DNA of 63,871 nt, the filler included, from Octopus bimaculoides (taxonomy: Eukaryota): assembly GCF_001194135.2 (NCBI RefSeq). It is 6 parts of 5 records of this genome, joined end to end, with 100 filler letters (N's around TTAATTAATTAA, not from the genome) between each part and the next. Parts side by side here need not be neighbours in the genome. Positions count along the whole stretch, not along the records: positions 1 to 28,987 come from NC_068996.1; 5 more parts are not named here. The stretch is one strand, 5' to 3'. A program made the translations under genes and the position numbers. Shown here in pieces: positions 1 to 11,066 of this stretch (position 1 is its first letter; the number at the start of each line of letters is the position of its first letter). The notes below the pieces were generated by a model. The model had not been told where the DNA came from, ran no database searches, and saw only the letters and a program-made list of their open reading frames with translations.

Positions 1-601
1 AAAAGGGCAAGAGAAAAGAAAAAATACTAAATAAAAAAAAAAAACGATTAACCTACGTACCATGGTTTCACCTGTTAAAATTTACATAAGTAAATATCTG
101 CAGGATCATCAGCGTAGTCTGTCGATTTATAAAATATAATTTCCAGAACTAGACACAAGACATCCACCCGAAAGGGAGCACGTGCAGAGTTCTACAAATT
201 ACATTCCGTGTATCCTTTCAAATGTCTTCAATCTGGCGCGCTGTAATATAATTTTAATCTTTGGATTTTTTTTAATATGCTAGACCACTGGTTTTAATTG
301 ATGTTCTCAAACCGGTAAATTAGCTGCAAAAATTTATTAACTGCAGAGTTATTTCCGGACTCAGCACGCCAGAATGAAGACATTTGAAAGGATACGCTGA
401 ATGTAATTTGTAGAACTCTGCACGTGCTCCCTTTCGGGTGGATGTCTTGTGTCTAGTTCTGGAAATTATATTTTATAAATCAACAGACTACACTGATGAT
501 CCTGCAGATATTTACTTATGTAAATTTTAACAGGTGAAACCATGGTACGTAGGTTAATCGTTTTTTTTTATTTAGTATTTTTTCATTTGTCTTGCTCTTT
601 T
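1..601. mobile_element. Foldback/MITE-like element: ~240-bp inverted arms (1-243 and 362-601) around a 118-bp spacer; may extend past the window start
   Basis: 1-243 is the reverse complement of 362-601 with only about ten substitutions/indels by eye (e.g. CGATTAACCTACGTACCATGGTTTCACCTG / CAGGTGAAACCATGGTACGTAGGTTAATCG). Confidence 0.75.
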
Positions 602-886
602 ACAGTCTGTTGTGTCGCTAAATTTCTACTGAGAACATATTTTTCATGATTAGATGATTCGGCATCTATTTCTAGCATATAGGAGTCCACTTTTGCTGGT
701 CATTCCTCTTATTTTTGTAATATATATATATATTAAATTTCTATGTCTTTGTGCAGCTGAAGATTGCTCTACATTTTTTATTTGATGTAATGTTTACATT
801 GCTTAAATAAATGGAGTCGCATGAAACGATCGTACTGCATTAACTTTAGATATCCTTGTTGCTTATTTTGATTTTATATATAATAT

Positions 887-918
<32 letters not shown>

Positions 919-1495
919 ATTTATGGGTTTCAGCCAAGTAGCTGTGGTCATGCTGGAGCACCACCGTGACCATATATATATACATATAGAGAGAGAGACA
1001 GAAAGTACTGTTCTGTAATCGGTACAGCCGACAAACAAAAGTACTTCATCATATGAAAGATATGTATCATTTAATATACATACAATTTAATTGTGAGCTA
1101 TTATTAGTTTCATGCCACTGAAAATATGATGGTCAGACAAGCTTGTATAATGTGCAAAATCTGAACAATTGCCTTGAAATACACAGCATACTATACAAGC
1201 TTGTTTGACCAACATATTTTCAGAGGCATAACACTAACAGTAGCTTGCATTTAAATCATGTGAGAGTGTCTATATGTACGGATGTATGTATATGCATATA
1301 AAGCTGACATGAATTCTCCAAATCCAATATATAAATGGCACAGTGAAGATTTGTAAAACATTCCAGAAATTCTTGTGAGATTTTAATGTGAATAGATGCA
1401 CACGCTTGGGTGTATGCAACGACAGTTCAATGAACATAGCAACTCAACCACATATTCACAAACACTGGGAACTTTCTTAACTTAAAAAGTCTTGT

Positions 1496-1760
1496 AGTAA
1501 AGATTGTTTTCCAACATAACATAGCAGTCCTGGTTTAGGACGAATGTTGCTGTAATTTAGCCCCAGGAGACATCATCTCCAGCTGGCAATACGACACGAT
1601 CTGTGTGCTTATATTTTCGAAAATATAAAGACACAGATTGTGTCGTATAGCCAGCTGCAGACGATGTCTCCTGGGGCTAAATTACAGCAACGTTTGTCCT
1701 AAACCAGGACTGCCATGTTATGTTGGCAAAAATCTTTACTCCAAAGTACTGTTGCTGAAT
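1496..1760. mobile_element. Spacer-less palindromic MITE-like element (centre 1618/1619)
   Basis: 1496-1618 is reverse-complementary to 1619-1740 (~90% by eye), with perfect centre CTTATATTTTCGAAAATATAAG; a homologous copy lies at 32920-33020. Confidence 0.75.
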
Positions 1761-1879
1761 ATCAAACAAGCAATGGTTGATTTTTTTCTTCTTTTTTTTT
1801 TGCATTACTACATATTTAAGCCTGAAAACTTTACAAAATTGCAAAAATTACAAACACACATAATTTTTGTTTTTTTTAG

Positions 1880-2016
1880 CGAAGGTAATGAATACGCACA
1901 GCCAGTGTTTAGGGTTATTGTTTAGGGTTAGTTTTAGGATTAGGATTTAGGGTTAGTTTTAAGGTTAAGGCTTTTGTTACGCCAAAAACGGGTGGTCTGC
2001 GTATTCTTTACCTCCG
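1880..2016. mobile_element. Short TIR-bounded element with internal degenerate (TTAGGG)n, copy 1
   Basis: Left end CGAAGGTAATGAATACGCA vs right end TGCGTATTCTTTACCTCCG (17/19 inverted match); interior TTTAGGGTTA/TTAGGAT/TTAAGG units; homologous to 5396-5487. Confidence 0.7.
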
Positions 2017-3524
2017 TCCTTTGAAAAAGAACATATAGTCCTTCTATATGATAAATCATGTTATCCTATTGCAAGATGATACCTTAAGAAAGCATTTGAA
2101 AAACGGGAATGATTTGAAAGTTAGATGTTCCTAAGGAATAACCTATACTAACCGCTAGCAGCTAAATACTGGAGGAACAATATAACAGAATAGGATTTGA
2201 CCAAAAGGGTTAAATGATAGTGGTGGACGTAGTGATCTGTGGATCAAACGATTCCACCACGACTATCTCATCTTGCTATTTTGAAACAGAAAGGTGTGGT
2301 TTGTGAGAAATCTAGTTGTTAATTTCTAGAGAGTCAGCGACAATATAGGGCCGCCTTCGTTTGATAGTATTTATCTATATAGGACAGGAAGGTGTTATTC
2401 TCAATAACAAACGTTGTAGTATCATTGTTAACTGTTTCGAAGGAAAGAAAAAGAGACTACTGATGGGAAAAAGCTTTTGGACTAACGTAAGAAATAATTG
2501 AATTAGTAAATAAGAAATCGAGCACTATTACATAACATGCAGTTTGGAACTGAGCGAGTGTGTGGAAACATAGATGCCGTATTTCTAATGAGACAACTAC
2601 AGGAATGCTGTTTTCTGAACGTCTTACTAAATATTACTAAAGTACTTACTTACTCAAAGTCGGTTGAAGATAACTAAATAAAATGGGGTGTGTATGTAAG
2701 GCATCGTCTTAAAGACATCCCTATTGATGCGAAATGACTGAAAAATCTGAGGGTAATAAGTTTTAATAAAGGTGGATTTACTGTATAAAATAAGGTGAGA
2801 GGTTTTAACCTCCGAATACAGCTTAACGCTAACAATCAAAGGAAAAGCCACAAATATTGCAGTTCTTGTAGTTTCAAAACAAAATAAACAAAACAAAACT
2901 ACGTCTTAGAATTAACTTCTTAATTTTTTCTCCATTTCTACTTATTATTTTGTACGAAGGTTATTTCTCTAAAGTTAAAGAAAACTTTTTTGTTCTACCT
3001 TTAAATAATCAATAACTCCTTTTTTCTTAAACAAGTAATAAAGTTTCTCGCGAAACTGGTCGGCCGATAAATAATCTTCATTCATCATTTTAAAAAAGAG
3101 GTAGTCTTAATCAGCTCTGTAGATTGTATTCTTATATTTCTAAGACCGTAATTCGCAATCCTCCGTTTGGTCCACTTTCATAGAAAAAAAATGAGAATGA
3201 GAAAAAATCATCTTTAATTAAGCAATTAAAACAGTGGAATTCAAAACAAGTTCCATATTTTAAATGCAGACGTGATGTCATGGCAACTGAAAAACATCCT
3301 ACCACCTTACTTTCGTAATTCAGAGAAATGAAATTAATACTAGCTCGCATTAAATCATAATTAAAATAATAAACTATAATTAAATGAAATAGTTTATCAA
3401 AGTTTTTTTAATGAATCCAATATAGATTTTAAATTTTGTTTTATACTTTTTTTAAAAGTTCATATATCCAATATATCCAATATTACGAAATTTTTACCGC
3501 CAAACTAAATAATCTCTTGAAATA

Positions 3525-3660
3525 TAAGCACGAGACTTGAAATTTGTGGGGAAGGGACAAAGTTTATTGCATCAATTCCAGTGCTTAATTGGTACTTATT
3601 TCATTTATTTTATTAAGAATCAAAGGCAAAGTTAACGATTTTGACGGGGAGGGGTGAGTC
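3525..3660 (-). mobile_element. Degenerate family-B SINE fragments
   Basis: Decayed matches to the family-B 3' region (GCACGAGACTTGAAATTTGTGGGGAAGG...TGGTACTTATTTT...AAAGGCAAAGTTAAC). Confidence 0.45.
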
Positions 3661-3672
3661 GGTTATATAAAT

Positions 3673-3838
3673 TACTATATTTTAACGTGTATAAGGAACC
3701 CCCTAATTTTAGGGGCTTAAAATTTGGAAAAAAGATTTTGTAAGGGATTATAATACTATCCATGTATAAGAAACTCCCATATTTTTTTAACCTAATTTTT
3801 GACAAAAATGGGTTCCTTATACACGTTAAAATACGATA
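3673..3838. mobile_element. Tc1/mariner (pogo/Tigger-type) MITE
   Basis: Perfect 24-bp TIR TATTTTAACGTGTATAAGGAACCC (3678-3701 / 3810-3833); outer bases derive from TA-CCGT by C>T/CpG-type changes; TA at both ends; internal partial TIR copy TGTATAAGAAACTCCC. Confidence 0.8.
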
Positions 3839-4089
3839 ATACCTCATGTTTATAAACCTTTAAAATTGACTTCAGCGGGATTTGAACCCTGAACGGAAAG
3901 CGCCAAAAGGAAAGCTGCAAAGAATTTTGTGTGACGGCCAATCCACTAACAAAAAGTAGCGACAACAAATAGTTTTTATTTTCTTCTTTCTAATTTACAC
4001 ACAGGGAAAAAAAACAAAAACAGAGAACACCTTTTCAAACTCAGATATAACCGCGCGCACGCATTCAAATAGACATGTTTACTGATATT

Positions 4090-4519
4090 TTTTTCTTTAC
4101 TCTAGGCACAAGGCCCGAAATTTTGGTGGGAGAGGGGCCAGTCGATTAGATTGATCTCAGTACGCAACTGGTATTTAATTTATCGACCCCGAAAGGATGA
4201 AAGGCAAAGACGACCTCGGCGACATTTGAACTCATAACATAAAGACAGACGAATTACTGCTAAGCATTTCGCTTACGTTTCTTATTTCTTTACTGCCCAC
4301 AAGGGGCTACACACAGAGGGGACAGACAAACGACCCCAATGCGTAACTGGTACTTAATTTCTGATACCAGTACGCAACTGGTACTTAATTTATCGACCCC
4401 GAAAGGATGAAAAGCAAAGACGACCTCGGCGGAATTTGAACTCAGAACGTAGCGGCAGGCGAAATACCGCTAAGCATTTCGCCCAGCGTACTAACGATTC
4501 TGCTAGCTCGCCGCCTTAC
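4090..4519 (-). mobile_element. Dimeric family-B tRNA-derived SINE (two monomers joined by a ~50-bp linker)
   Basis: Two copies of the GAGTTCAAAT...GTCGACTTTGCCTTTCATCCTTTCGGGGTCGATAAATTAAGTACCAG core on the minus strand; imperfect 13-bp TSD GTTTACTGATATT (4077-4089) / GTTCACCGATATT (4520-4532); same architecture at 56120-56555. Confidence 0.85.
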
Positions 4520-4844
4520 GTTCACCGATATTCATATATTTATTCGTGTACAATTCGCGCTCATTACTTTGTAAGGAAATAGGTTTCAGTATTTAGTTTC
4601 CTCTTCTATTTCTGTAAGAATGTCAGCTGACATGACAACAAAATTGTTTTAATTGTATAAAATTAAAAGCAACAATAAACGATATAAAGATCATTTCCAA
4701 TGTGACGATACCAGATCTTCTGCTTGAGCAAACGAAGCAGCTGCTTATATACTATCGCTCGATCTGCTTGATATAACAGCCAAATCTCTCACAAATCCAT
4801 CTTATTCTCTTGAATATGTTAAGACGCGTTAGAAGGAGGATTGG

Positions 4845-5395
4845 TGGGTGTATACCCTCTGTCCCTGGGTTAGAGGTAGGTGCTTCCTTTGAGACGTCAG
4901 TCTGCGACTCCTTTGCTCCCTCCCACATCTTGGATGTTGCAGTTAATGGGAGGGTCACTGCTTCCGTAGCCGAACAGAAGAAAACCCTGAAGTATCGGGA
5001 CTTGACACTGAACTATCTCTTCCAACCTGTGACGTTTGAGACGTTCGGAGGGATTGGACCACTAAGCGCGAAGTTCTTGTCAACGTTGGCAGCTCGCCTC
5101 ACCGAGGTATCAGGTGATGCCCGTAAGGGCGCTTGGCTGTTCCAACACCTTAGCCACGCCATCGCCCGTGATGATGCTGCGAGCGAACTAGCTTGTTTTA
5201 GTAGGTTCCGTTAAACCTTGTGGTGTGCGACCAGTTGCTGTGATAAAAAAAAAAATTCCCCACGAATGGTTTCAATGCAATTTTAACAGAAGTATCTGGA
5301 AGAATTAGATCAATGTTCTCCGCTAATTTTCTTTCATGTAAATAAATGTTCATGATGATGAATAAGTTATTATGTCAAGAAAAAAAAAAAAAAAA
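4845..5395 (+). mobile_element. 5'-truncated CRE-clade-like non-LTR retrotransposon 3' end (C-terminal restriction-like endonuclease region, 3'UTR, poly(A))
   Basis: ORF 4810-5214 reads ...SVCDSFAPSH...AEQKKTLKYRDL..YLFQPVTFETFGGIGP..AKFL..L..RL..VSGDARKGAWLFQHLSHAIAR, matching the E..K..KY / F.P...ET.G..G / L.QRLS.A..R pattern of CRE-type RLE domains; AATAAA at 5341 and A-tract 5380-5395. Confidence 0.75.
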
Positions 5396-5487
5396 CGGGG
5401 TAAAGAATAGCACACCCAGGTTTTAGGGTTAAGGTGTAGGGTTAGGGTTACGCCGAAAACGGGTGTTGTGCGTATTCTTTACCTCTG
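5396..5487. mobile_element. Short TIR-bounded element with internal (TTAGGG)n, copy 2
   Basis: CGGGGTAAAGAATAGCAC...TTAGGGTTAAGGTGTAGGGTTAGGGTTACGCCGAAAACGGGTG...GTGCGTATTCTTTACCTCTG; shares TIR and subterminal TTACGCC.AAAACGGGTG with 1880-2016. Confidence 0.7.
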
Positions 5488-7964
5488 CCGAAAAAAAGTC
5501 TTTACATCACTTCCTACTGCCAAACAATCTAGATAATGTAAAAAGACTACTTCATGGATGGGCATGAGTGGGACATCTTTGGTCATTGGTCAGCTCGATC
5601 AGAGCTGAGTTTGGACAAAACAACAACAATAACATCAACAAGCAGGAGAGTAGTATTGTCACAGAGCATTGATGACTGTGTAGAGGTGTGTTTGTGTATA
5701 ACCCCAAAAGGCTCTGAAACGGTGCATCCTTGAGAAAAGCACATTTGATTTTAAAAATCTGCATCTCGAAGAGAAAGTTGCTCGTAAATAATCAAAAAAT
5801 ATATCGACTTTTAGACTGACAAATTGACAAATCTTTCATTCTCTGTCACCATCAATCTTTCTCTCTTTTACGCTTTCTCTTCTCTTTATCACCCACCTCT
5901 CTCTCTCTGTATATGTATTATCTCTTCTATATTGTTTTCATTTTGTTGAAAATTTTTGTCTTGTAATGTTTATTTTCATTTTATGATACATTGCTATCAC
6001 GAACAAATCCTGTTTTATGATTGGACAAAAATGATCACACTTTAAATCTCTATAATATTTTTCTAAAATTTTGCTGAAATAAATGAATCATCTTATCGGA
6101 GTCAGTGTGAAAAAGTACATCAATATACTAAATTTGAAGATTTTCATTAAATTTTAAAATTTCAAAATCTGTGACAGCAGCAGAAAGGTCTCTCTCCCTC
6201 TCTCTCTTTGTTTATCTCTTTCATTTATTGTGTTTCTCATGGTAAACTTCCCCCTCTCTCTCTATATATTTCCACACTCTCACTCTCTGTAAAAGAATAT
6301 CGCTCACACTGTGTGTGTGTGTGTATGTCAGTGTGTGAGTATGCCTGTGTGTAAGGAATTTCATTGGAGTGACAGTGATTTAAAAACGGCATGTAAAAGA
6401 TGATTTATTTCACTAGCATACTTTCCTGTTAGTAAATATGTTTCGTTGAAAACTTTCTCTCTAAAAATATCCCTCATGCAATATGTGTAAGGGATTTCCT
6501 TAGGGTACTCGTGTGAATAACAGCTAAATCTACCTTAATTCACATCATTTCATCTGAAAAATCATTTTGAGATTATAAACAGAGACAAATTGCAGATTCA
6601 GACTGTGTGTATTTTTAAAGCTATGATTAAAAAAATGATTTTGCAAAAAAGCTGAAATTTTATGATTTATTGGGAAGGGGTGGGGGTTAATGAAAAAAAA
6701 CTAAAAAATTACAATATTGTTTTCAAATTGCATTTCATTTTCTGTTTGAAAATAAAGGACATGGAGATTGTAATGGTGATTGGTGATTTCCCCAAATTCT
6801 TTTATTTAATCTTCAAGGCTTCTTCCATCATATTTAAGTGCATGGTGCAAAAAAAAAAAAAAAAAAAANNNNNNNNNNNNNNNNNNNNNNNNNNNNNNNN
6901 NNNNNNNNNNNNNNNNNNNNNNNNNNNNNNNNNNNNNNNNNNNNNNNNNNNNNNNNNNNNNNNNNNNNNNNNNNNNNNNNNNNNNNNNNNNNNNNNNNNN
7001 NNNNNNNNNNNNNNNNNNNNNNNNNNNNNNNNNNNNNNNNNNNNNNNNNNNNNNNNNNNNNNNNNNNNNNNNNNNNNNNNNNNNNNNNNNNNNNNNNNNN
7101 NNNNNNNNNNNNNNNNNNNNNNNNNNNNNNNNNNNNNNNNNNNNNNNNNNNNNNNNNNNNNNNNNNNNNNNNNNNNNNNNNNNNNNNNNNNNNNNNNNNN
7201 NNNNNNNNNNNNNNNNNNNNNNNNNNNNNNNNNNNNNNNNNNNNNNNNNNNNNNNNNNNNNNNNNAAAAAAAAAAAAACAAGGAACAAAGAAAGAAAGAA
7301 AGAAAAAGAAATTGGACAAAACTAGTCCAGTAGGTGTCGGGGGTAGGCAGAATTGAAATTTTTTCAAAAAGCTTTTTCATAAAAAGCTTCTCCACATCAT
7401 TTGTAATGGTGTAGCGAAAAAGAAAATTTGAAAAATCCATGTAAAAACAAAAAATTCAACTGATGTAGGTGTGCTATTCTGAAAGTCTGCCAAGGCATTC
7501 TGTTGTGAAAATTGCCTGGCAACAAGGAGATACTCAGCTAGTATTACACACGCCAGCTCAACTTGATTCATCTCTATTAGTGGAAAGACACCTGTTGTTA
7601 TTTTCTTGTTTGTATTTATAATTGTGTCACAGTTTCTCTGTCTTTTTTTTGGGGGGGGGTTCTTTTCATTCTTTTTTGTCTTTGTTGTCGTACACATTTC
7701 CTTGCTTTCTCCTAAAATGTTTAATGCTCTTAACTTAGATTTTTGGGGTCAGCCAGATTTGAACAGTCTTATGTGTAACTGGCCGAGACTAAGGATAATT
7801 TGAAAATTTGACTGGGGAGAGCAGGCCATGAATGACCTGTCCATGTTTTATCCTGTCTATCTTTTTGTTGTTTTTCCTGTCCATTTTTGTATTGTCTATC
7901 TGTTTGGATGTTTTATTGTTGTCTGTTGCATTCTTGTTCCTTTTTAAAAAATTTATATATATAC

Positions 7965-8130
7965 AGGCGCAGGAGTGGCTTTGTGGTAAGTAGCTTGCTT
8001 ACTAACCACATGGTTCAGGGTTCAGTCCCACTGCGTGGCACCTTGGAGAAGCGTCTTCTACTATAGCCTCGGGCTGACCAAAGCCTTGTGAGTGGATTTG
8101 GTAGACGGAAACTGAAAGAAGCCCGTCGTA

Positions 8131-8163
<33 letters not shown>
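7965..8163 (+). mobile_element. Family-A tRNA-derived SINE head running into its internal (TA)n and an assembly gap
   Basis: AGGCGCAGGAGTGGCTTTGTGGTAAG (A-box-like)...GGGTTCAGTCCC (B-box-like)...GGCACCTTGG...GAGTGGATTTGGTAGACGGAAACTGAAAGAAGCCCGTCG. Confidence 0.85.
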
Positions 8164-8173
<10 letters not shown>

Positions 8174-8989
8174 NNNNNNNNNNNNNNNNNNNNNNNNNNN
8201 NNNNNNNNNNNNNNNNNNNNNNNNNNNNNNNNNNNNNNNNNNNNNNNNNNNNNNNNNNNNNNNNNNNNNNNNNNNNNNNNNNNNNNNNNNNNNNNNNNNN
8301 NNNNNNNNNNNNNNNNNNNNNNNNNNNNNNNNNNNNNNNNNNNNNNNNNNNNNNNNNNNNNNNNNNNNNNNNNNNNNNNNNNNNNNNNNNNNNNNNNNNN
8401 NNNNNNNNNNNNNNNNNNNNNNNNNNNNNNNNNNNNNNNNNNNNNNNNNNNNNNNNNNNNNNNNNNNNNNNNNNNNNNNNNNNNNNNNNNNNNNNNNNNN
8501 NNNNNNNNNNNNNNNNNNNNNNNNNNNNNNNNNNNNNNNNNNNNNNNNNNNNNNNNNNNNNNNNNNNNNNNNNNNNNNNNNNNNNNNNNNNNNNNNNNNN
8601 NNNNNNNNNNNNNNNNNNNNNNNNNNNNNNNNNNNNNNNNNNNNNNNNNNNNNNNNNNNNNNNNNNNNNNNNNNNNNNNNNNNNNNNNNNNNNNNNNNNN
8701 NNNNNNNNNNNNNNNNNNNNNNNNNNNNNNNNNNNNNNNNNNNNNNNNNNNNNNNNNNNNNNNNNNNNNNNNNNNNNNNNNNNNNNNNNNNNNNNNNNNN
8801 NNNNNNNNNNNNNNNNNNNNNNNNNNNNNNNNNNNNNNNNNNNNNNNNNNNNNNNNNNNNNNNNNNNNNNNNNNNNNNNNNNNNNNNNNNNNNNNNNNNN
8901 NNNNNNNNNNNNNNNNNNNNNNNNNNNNNNNNNNNNNNNNNNNNNNNNNNNNNNNNNNNNNNNNNNNNNNNNNNNNNNNNNNNNNNNNN

Positions 8990-9330
8990 AAGCACAGCAT
9001 ATTTCCAAAGGTCTTCGTCAGAAGTCATCGCCTAGGTGAGGCCTAATGTTCGAAGGTCGTGCTTCACCACCTCATCCCAGGTCTTCCTGGGGCTACCTCT
9101 TCCACAGGTTCACTCAACTGCTAGGGTGTGGCACTTTTACATACAGCTATCCTCATCCATTCTCGCCGTAAGACCATACCAGCGCAGTCGTCTCTCTTGA
9201 ACACCACATCTGATGCTTCTTACGTCCAACTTTTCTCTCAAGGTACTTACACTCTGTCTAGTATGCACACTGACATTACACATCCATCGGAGCATACTGG
9301 CTTCATTCCTTGCGAGCTTACGCATGTCCT
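8990..9330 (-). mobile_element. RTE-clade LINE, 5'-truncated 3' fragment (end of ORF)
   Basis: Minus strand encodes RNEASMLRWMCNVSVHTRQSVSTLREKLDVRSIRCGVQERRLRWYG...MTSDEDLWKYAVL, typical of RTE C-termini; homologous to 11870-12300. Confidence 0.9.
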
Positions 9331-10166
9331 CACACACACATGCCATAAAATAATCTCCTTTGGCTCACACACACACTGTAGATAAAACTTCTGTACGAAT
9401 TATGTTATTTCTTGTGTGCACGCACACAATTACACTTCAAATCCAATTGAAATGATCTTTTTCTATTCTGTAATTTGTGTTTCTAATGAGTGTATTTAAA
9501 AACCTGATCTTCAATATATACATAAAAGAAGTTTTCTCAGAAATCCTGTCCTTTACCTGTTGTTTCTAGCATGTCTGAGGTGACATTTGTGCCTTATTTT
9601 TTTCCTAAATTTCTTCTGATTCCTATGTTTTCAATACAGGAAATTAGGATTTCATCTAAAAAACACATTCTAAGTATTTTTATTTTCTCTTCCCCTGCCT
9701 CAATTTCTTCATTTTTTCCAAATTTTTTTCTTGACAATCCACAGAGAAAAAAAAGACAGAGTATGAATCTTTAAGAATTTTCTTCTTCCTATTTAAAAAA
9801 ATACATATTTCCCAGATTTGTAATATCTGTATTTTTCTATATGGATAAAAAAAAAAAAATTGAAAACTGTTACAAATCAAGAAATTGCAGTGAAGACAAG
9901 GGAAATTGAAATTTTGAAAACTTGATTTCTGGGCAAAATCATATTAACCCCCTTTCATACATAGTTTGTGATCCTTCTCAAGAACAGAAAGCACTTTCAT
10001 GCAAACCCATGCAAATTGTACCCCCCCACACAAACACCGCCCCTTCATTTTTAAACAAACAATAACTTCCATTATGCCAGTAATCCAGTTCACTATGTAT
10101 CAGCTGTGCCAATTCTGCTCATAAAAATGGAACTAATAATACAATGTAGCTGTAGGTCATAACAAT

Positions 10167-10192
10167 CGGGCAACGCCAGGATGCATTGCTAG
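10167..10192 (+). mobile_element. Possible Helitron 3' terminus
   Basis: CGGGCAACGCCAGG...TTGCTAG|T: GC-rich subterminal segment followed by CTAG and T, as at Helitron 3' ends; degenerate, body not delimited. Confidence 0.45.
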
Positions 10193-10236
10193 TATGTGTG
10201 TGTGTTTGTGTGCATGTGTGTGTATGTGTGTATATG

Positions 10237-10267
<31 letters not shown>

Positions 10268-10393
10268 GCGTGTATATATTACAAATTTTACTATTTCAGT
10301 ATGTACCTTGACTTGTGTAATCACATGACCAGATGGTGTTGCATTACACAATACGATTTCATTATTTGGTGCCATTTCAATATACAGTATAGT

Positions 10394-10584
10394 CTTCTAA
10401 CCACTTGAAAAATATCAAATTTTCACCAGATTATTTTCAACAAATGTTGTTTTGCCTGCTGATGAGGAAAATTGCATTATTTTGTTTTTTCTTTCTAGAA
10501 ATTGATAATAAAAAAGTTATTGTAGACAGTTAAAAAGAGAAAAAAAATCTGGTGAAAACTTGAAATACATCCAGTGGTTGGAAG
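10394..10584. mobile_element. Old MITE relic with 39-bp inverted arms
   Basis: 10394-10432 vs reverse complement of 10546-10584: 32/39 identical. Confidence 0.55.
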
Positions 10585-10879
10585 AAATAAATTTAACAAA
10601 ATCTCTTAAAGCTACTTGGAATTGTACTTTTGAAATAATAGAAATGTAGGAGGTTGAAACTTGTAACAAATACTAAAAATAATTCCTTTCTTTTTTAATC
10701 TTGCTCTCTTCCTAGAAACTTATGAGGTAAGCTTATCATCCAATCAGGTATCTTAGATTCTTGTCAGTGTACTCTTATTCTTTTGTTTGGCAGCAACCTA
10801 CTAAGCACAACATACTTTTATCGTAAAATACAAAGGAGTGAAAATATTTAGAACAAGCTTTCTCGGAGAGGAAATTATT

Positions 10880-11034
10880 TAGATGTAGCTGTGTGCTAAG
10901 GAGTTTGTTTCTCAACCACATGGTTTTGGGTTCAGTTCCACTGTGTGATGGCTTGGGGAAGTATCTTCTTCCATAATACTGGACTGACCAAAGCATTGTC
11001 AGTGGATATAATAGACAGAAATTCAAAGAAGTTT

Positions 11035-11040
<6 letters not shown>
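10880..11040 (+). mobile_element. Degenerate family-A SINE head
   Basis: GTAGCTGTGTGCTAAG...AACCACATGGTTTTGGGTTCAGTTCCACTG...GACCAAAGCATTGTCAGTGGAT...GACAGAAATTCAAAGAAG then (TA)n. Confidence 0.75.

Positions 11041-11066
<26 letters not shown>

Noticed and set aside
7690-7950. Possible LINE 3' end (T-rich UTR before an A-run)
   Set aside because: No convincing protein motif and no second copy in the window.
6662-9046. Long ORFs in the supplied track that span N runs (also near 22.2-23.1, 30.0-30.4, 31.5-32.5, 36.6-37.6, 48.9-49.9 and 52.4-53.6 kb)
   Set aside because: Open only because N codons contain no stops.
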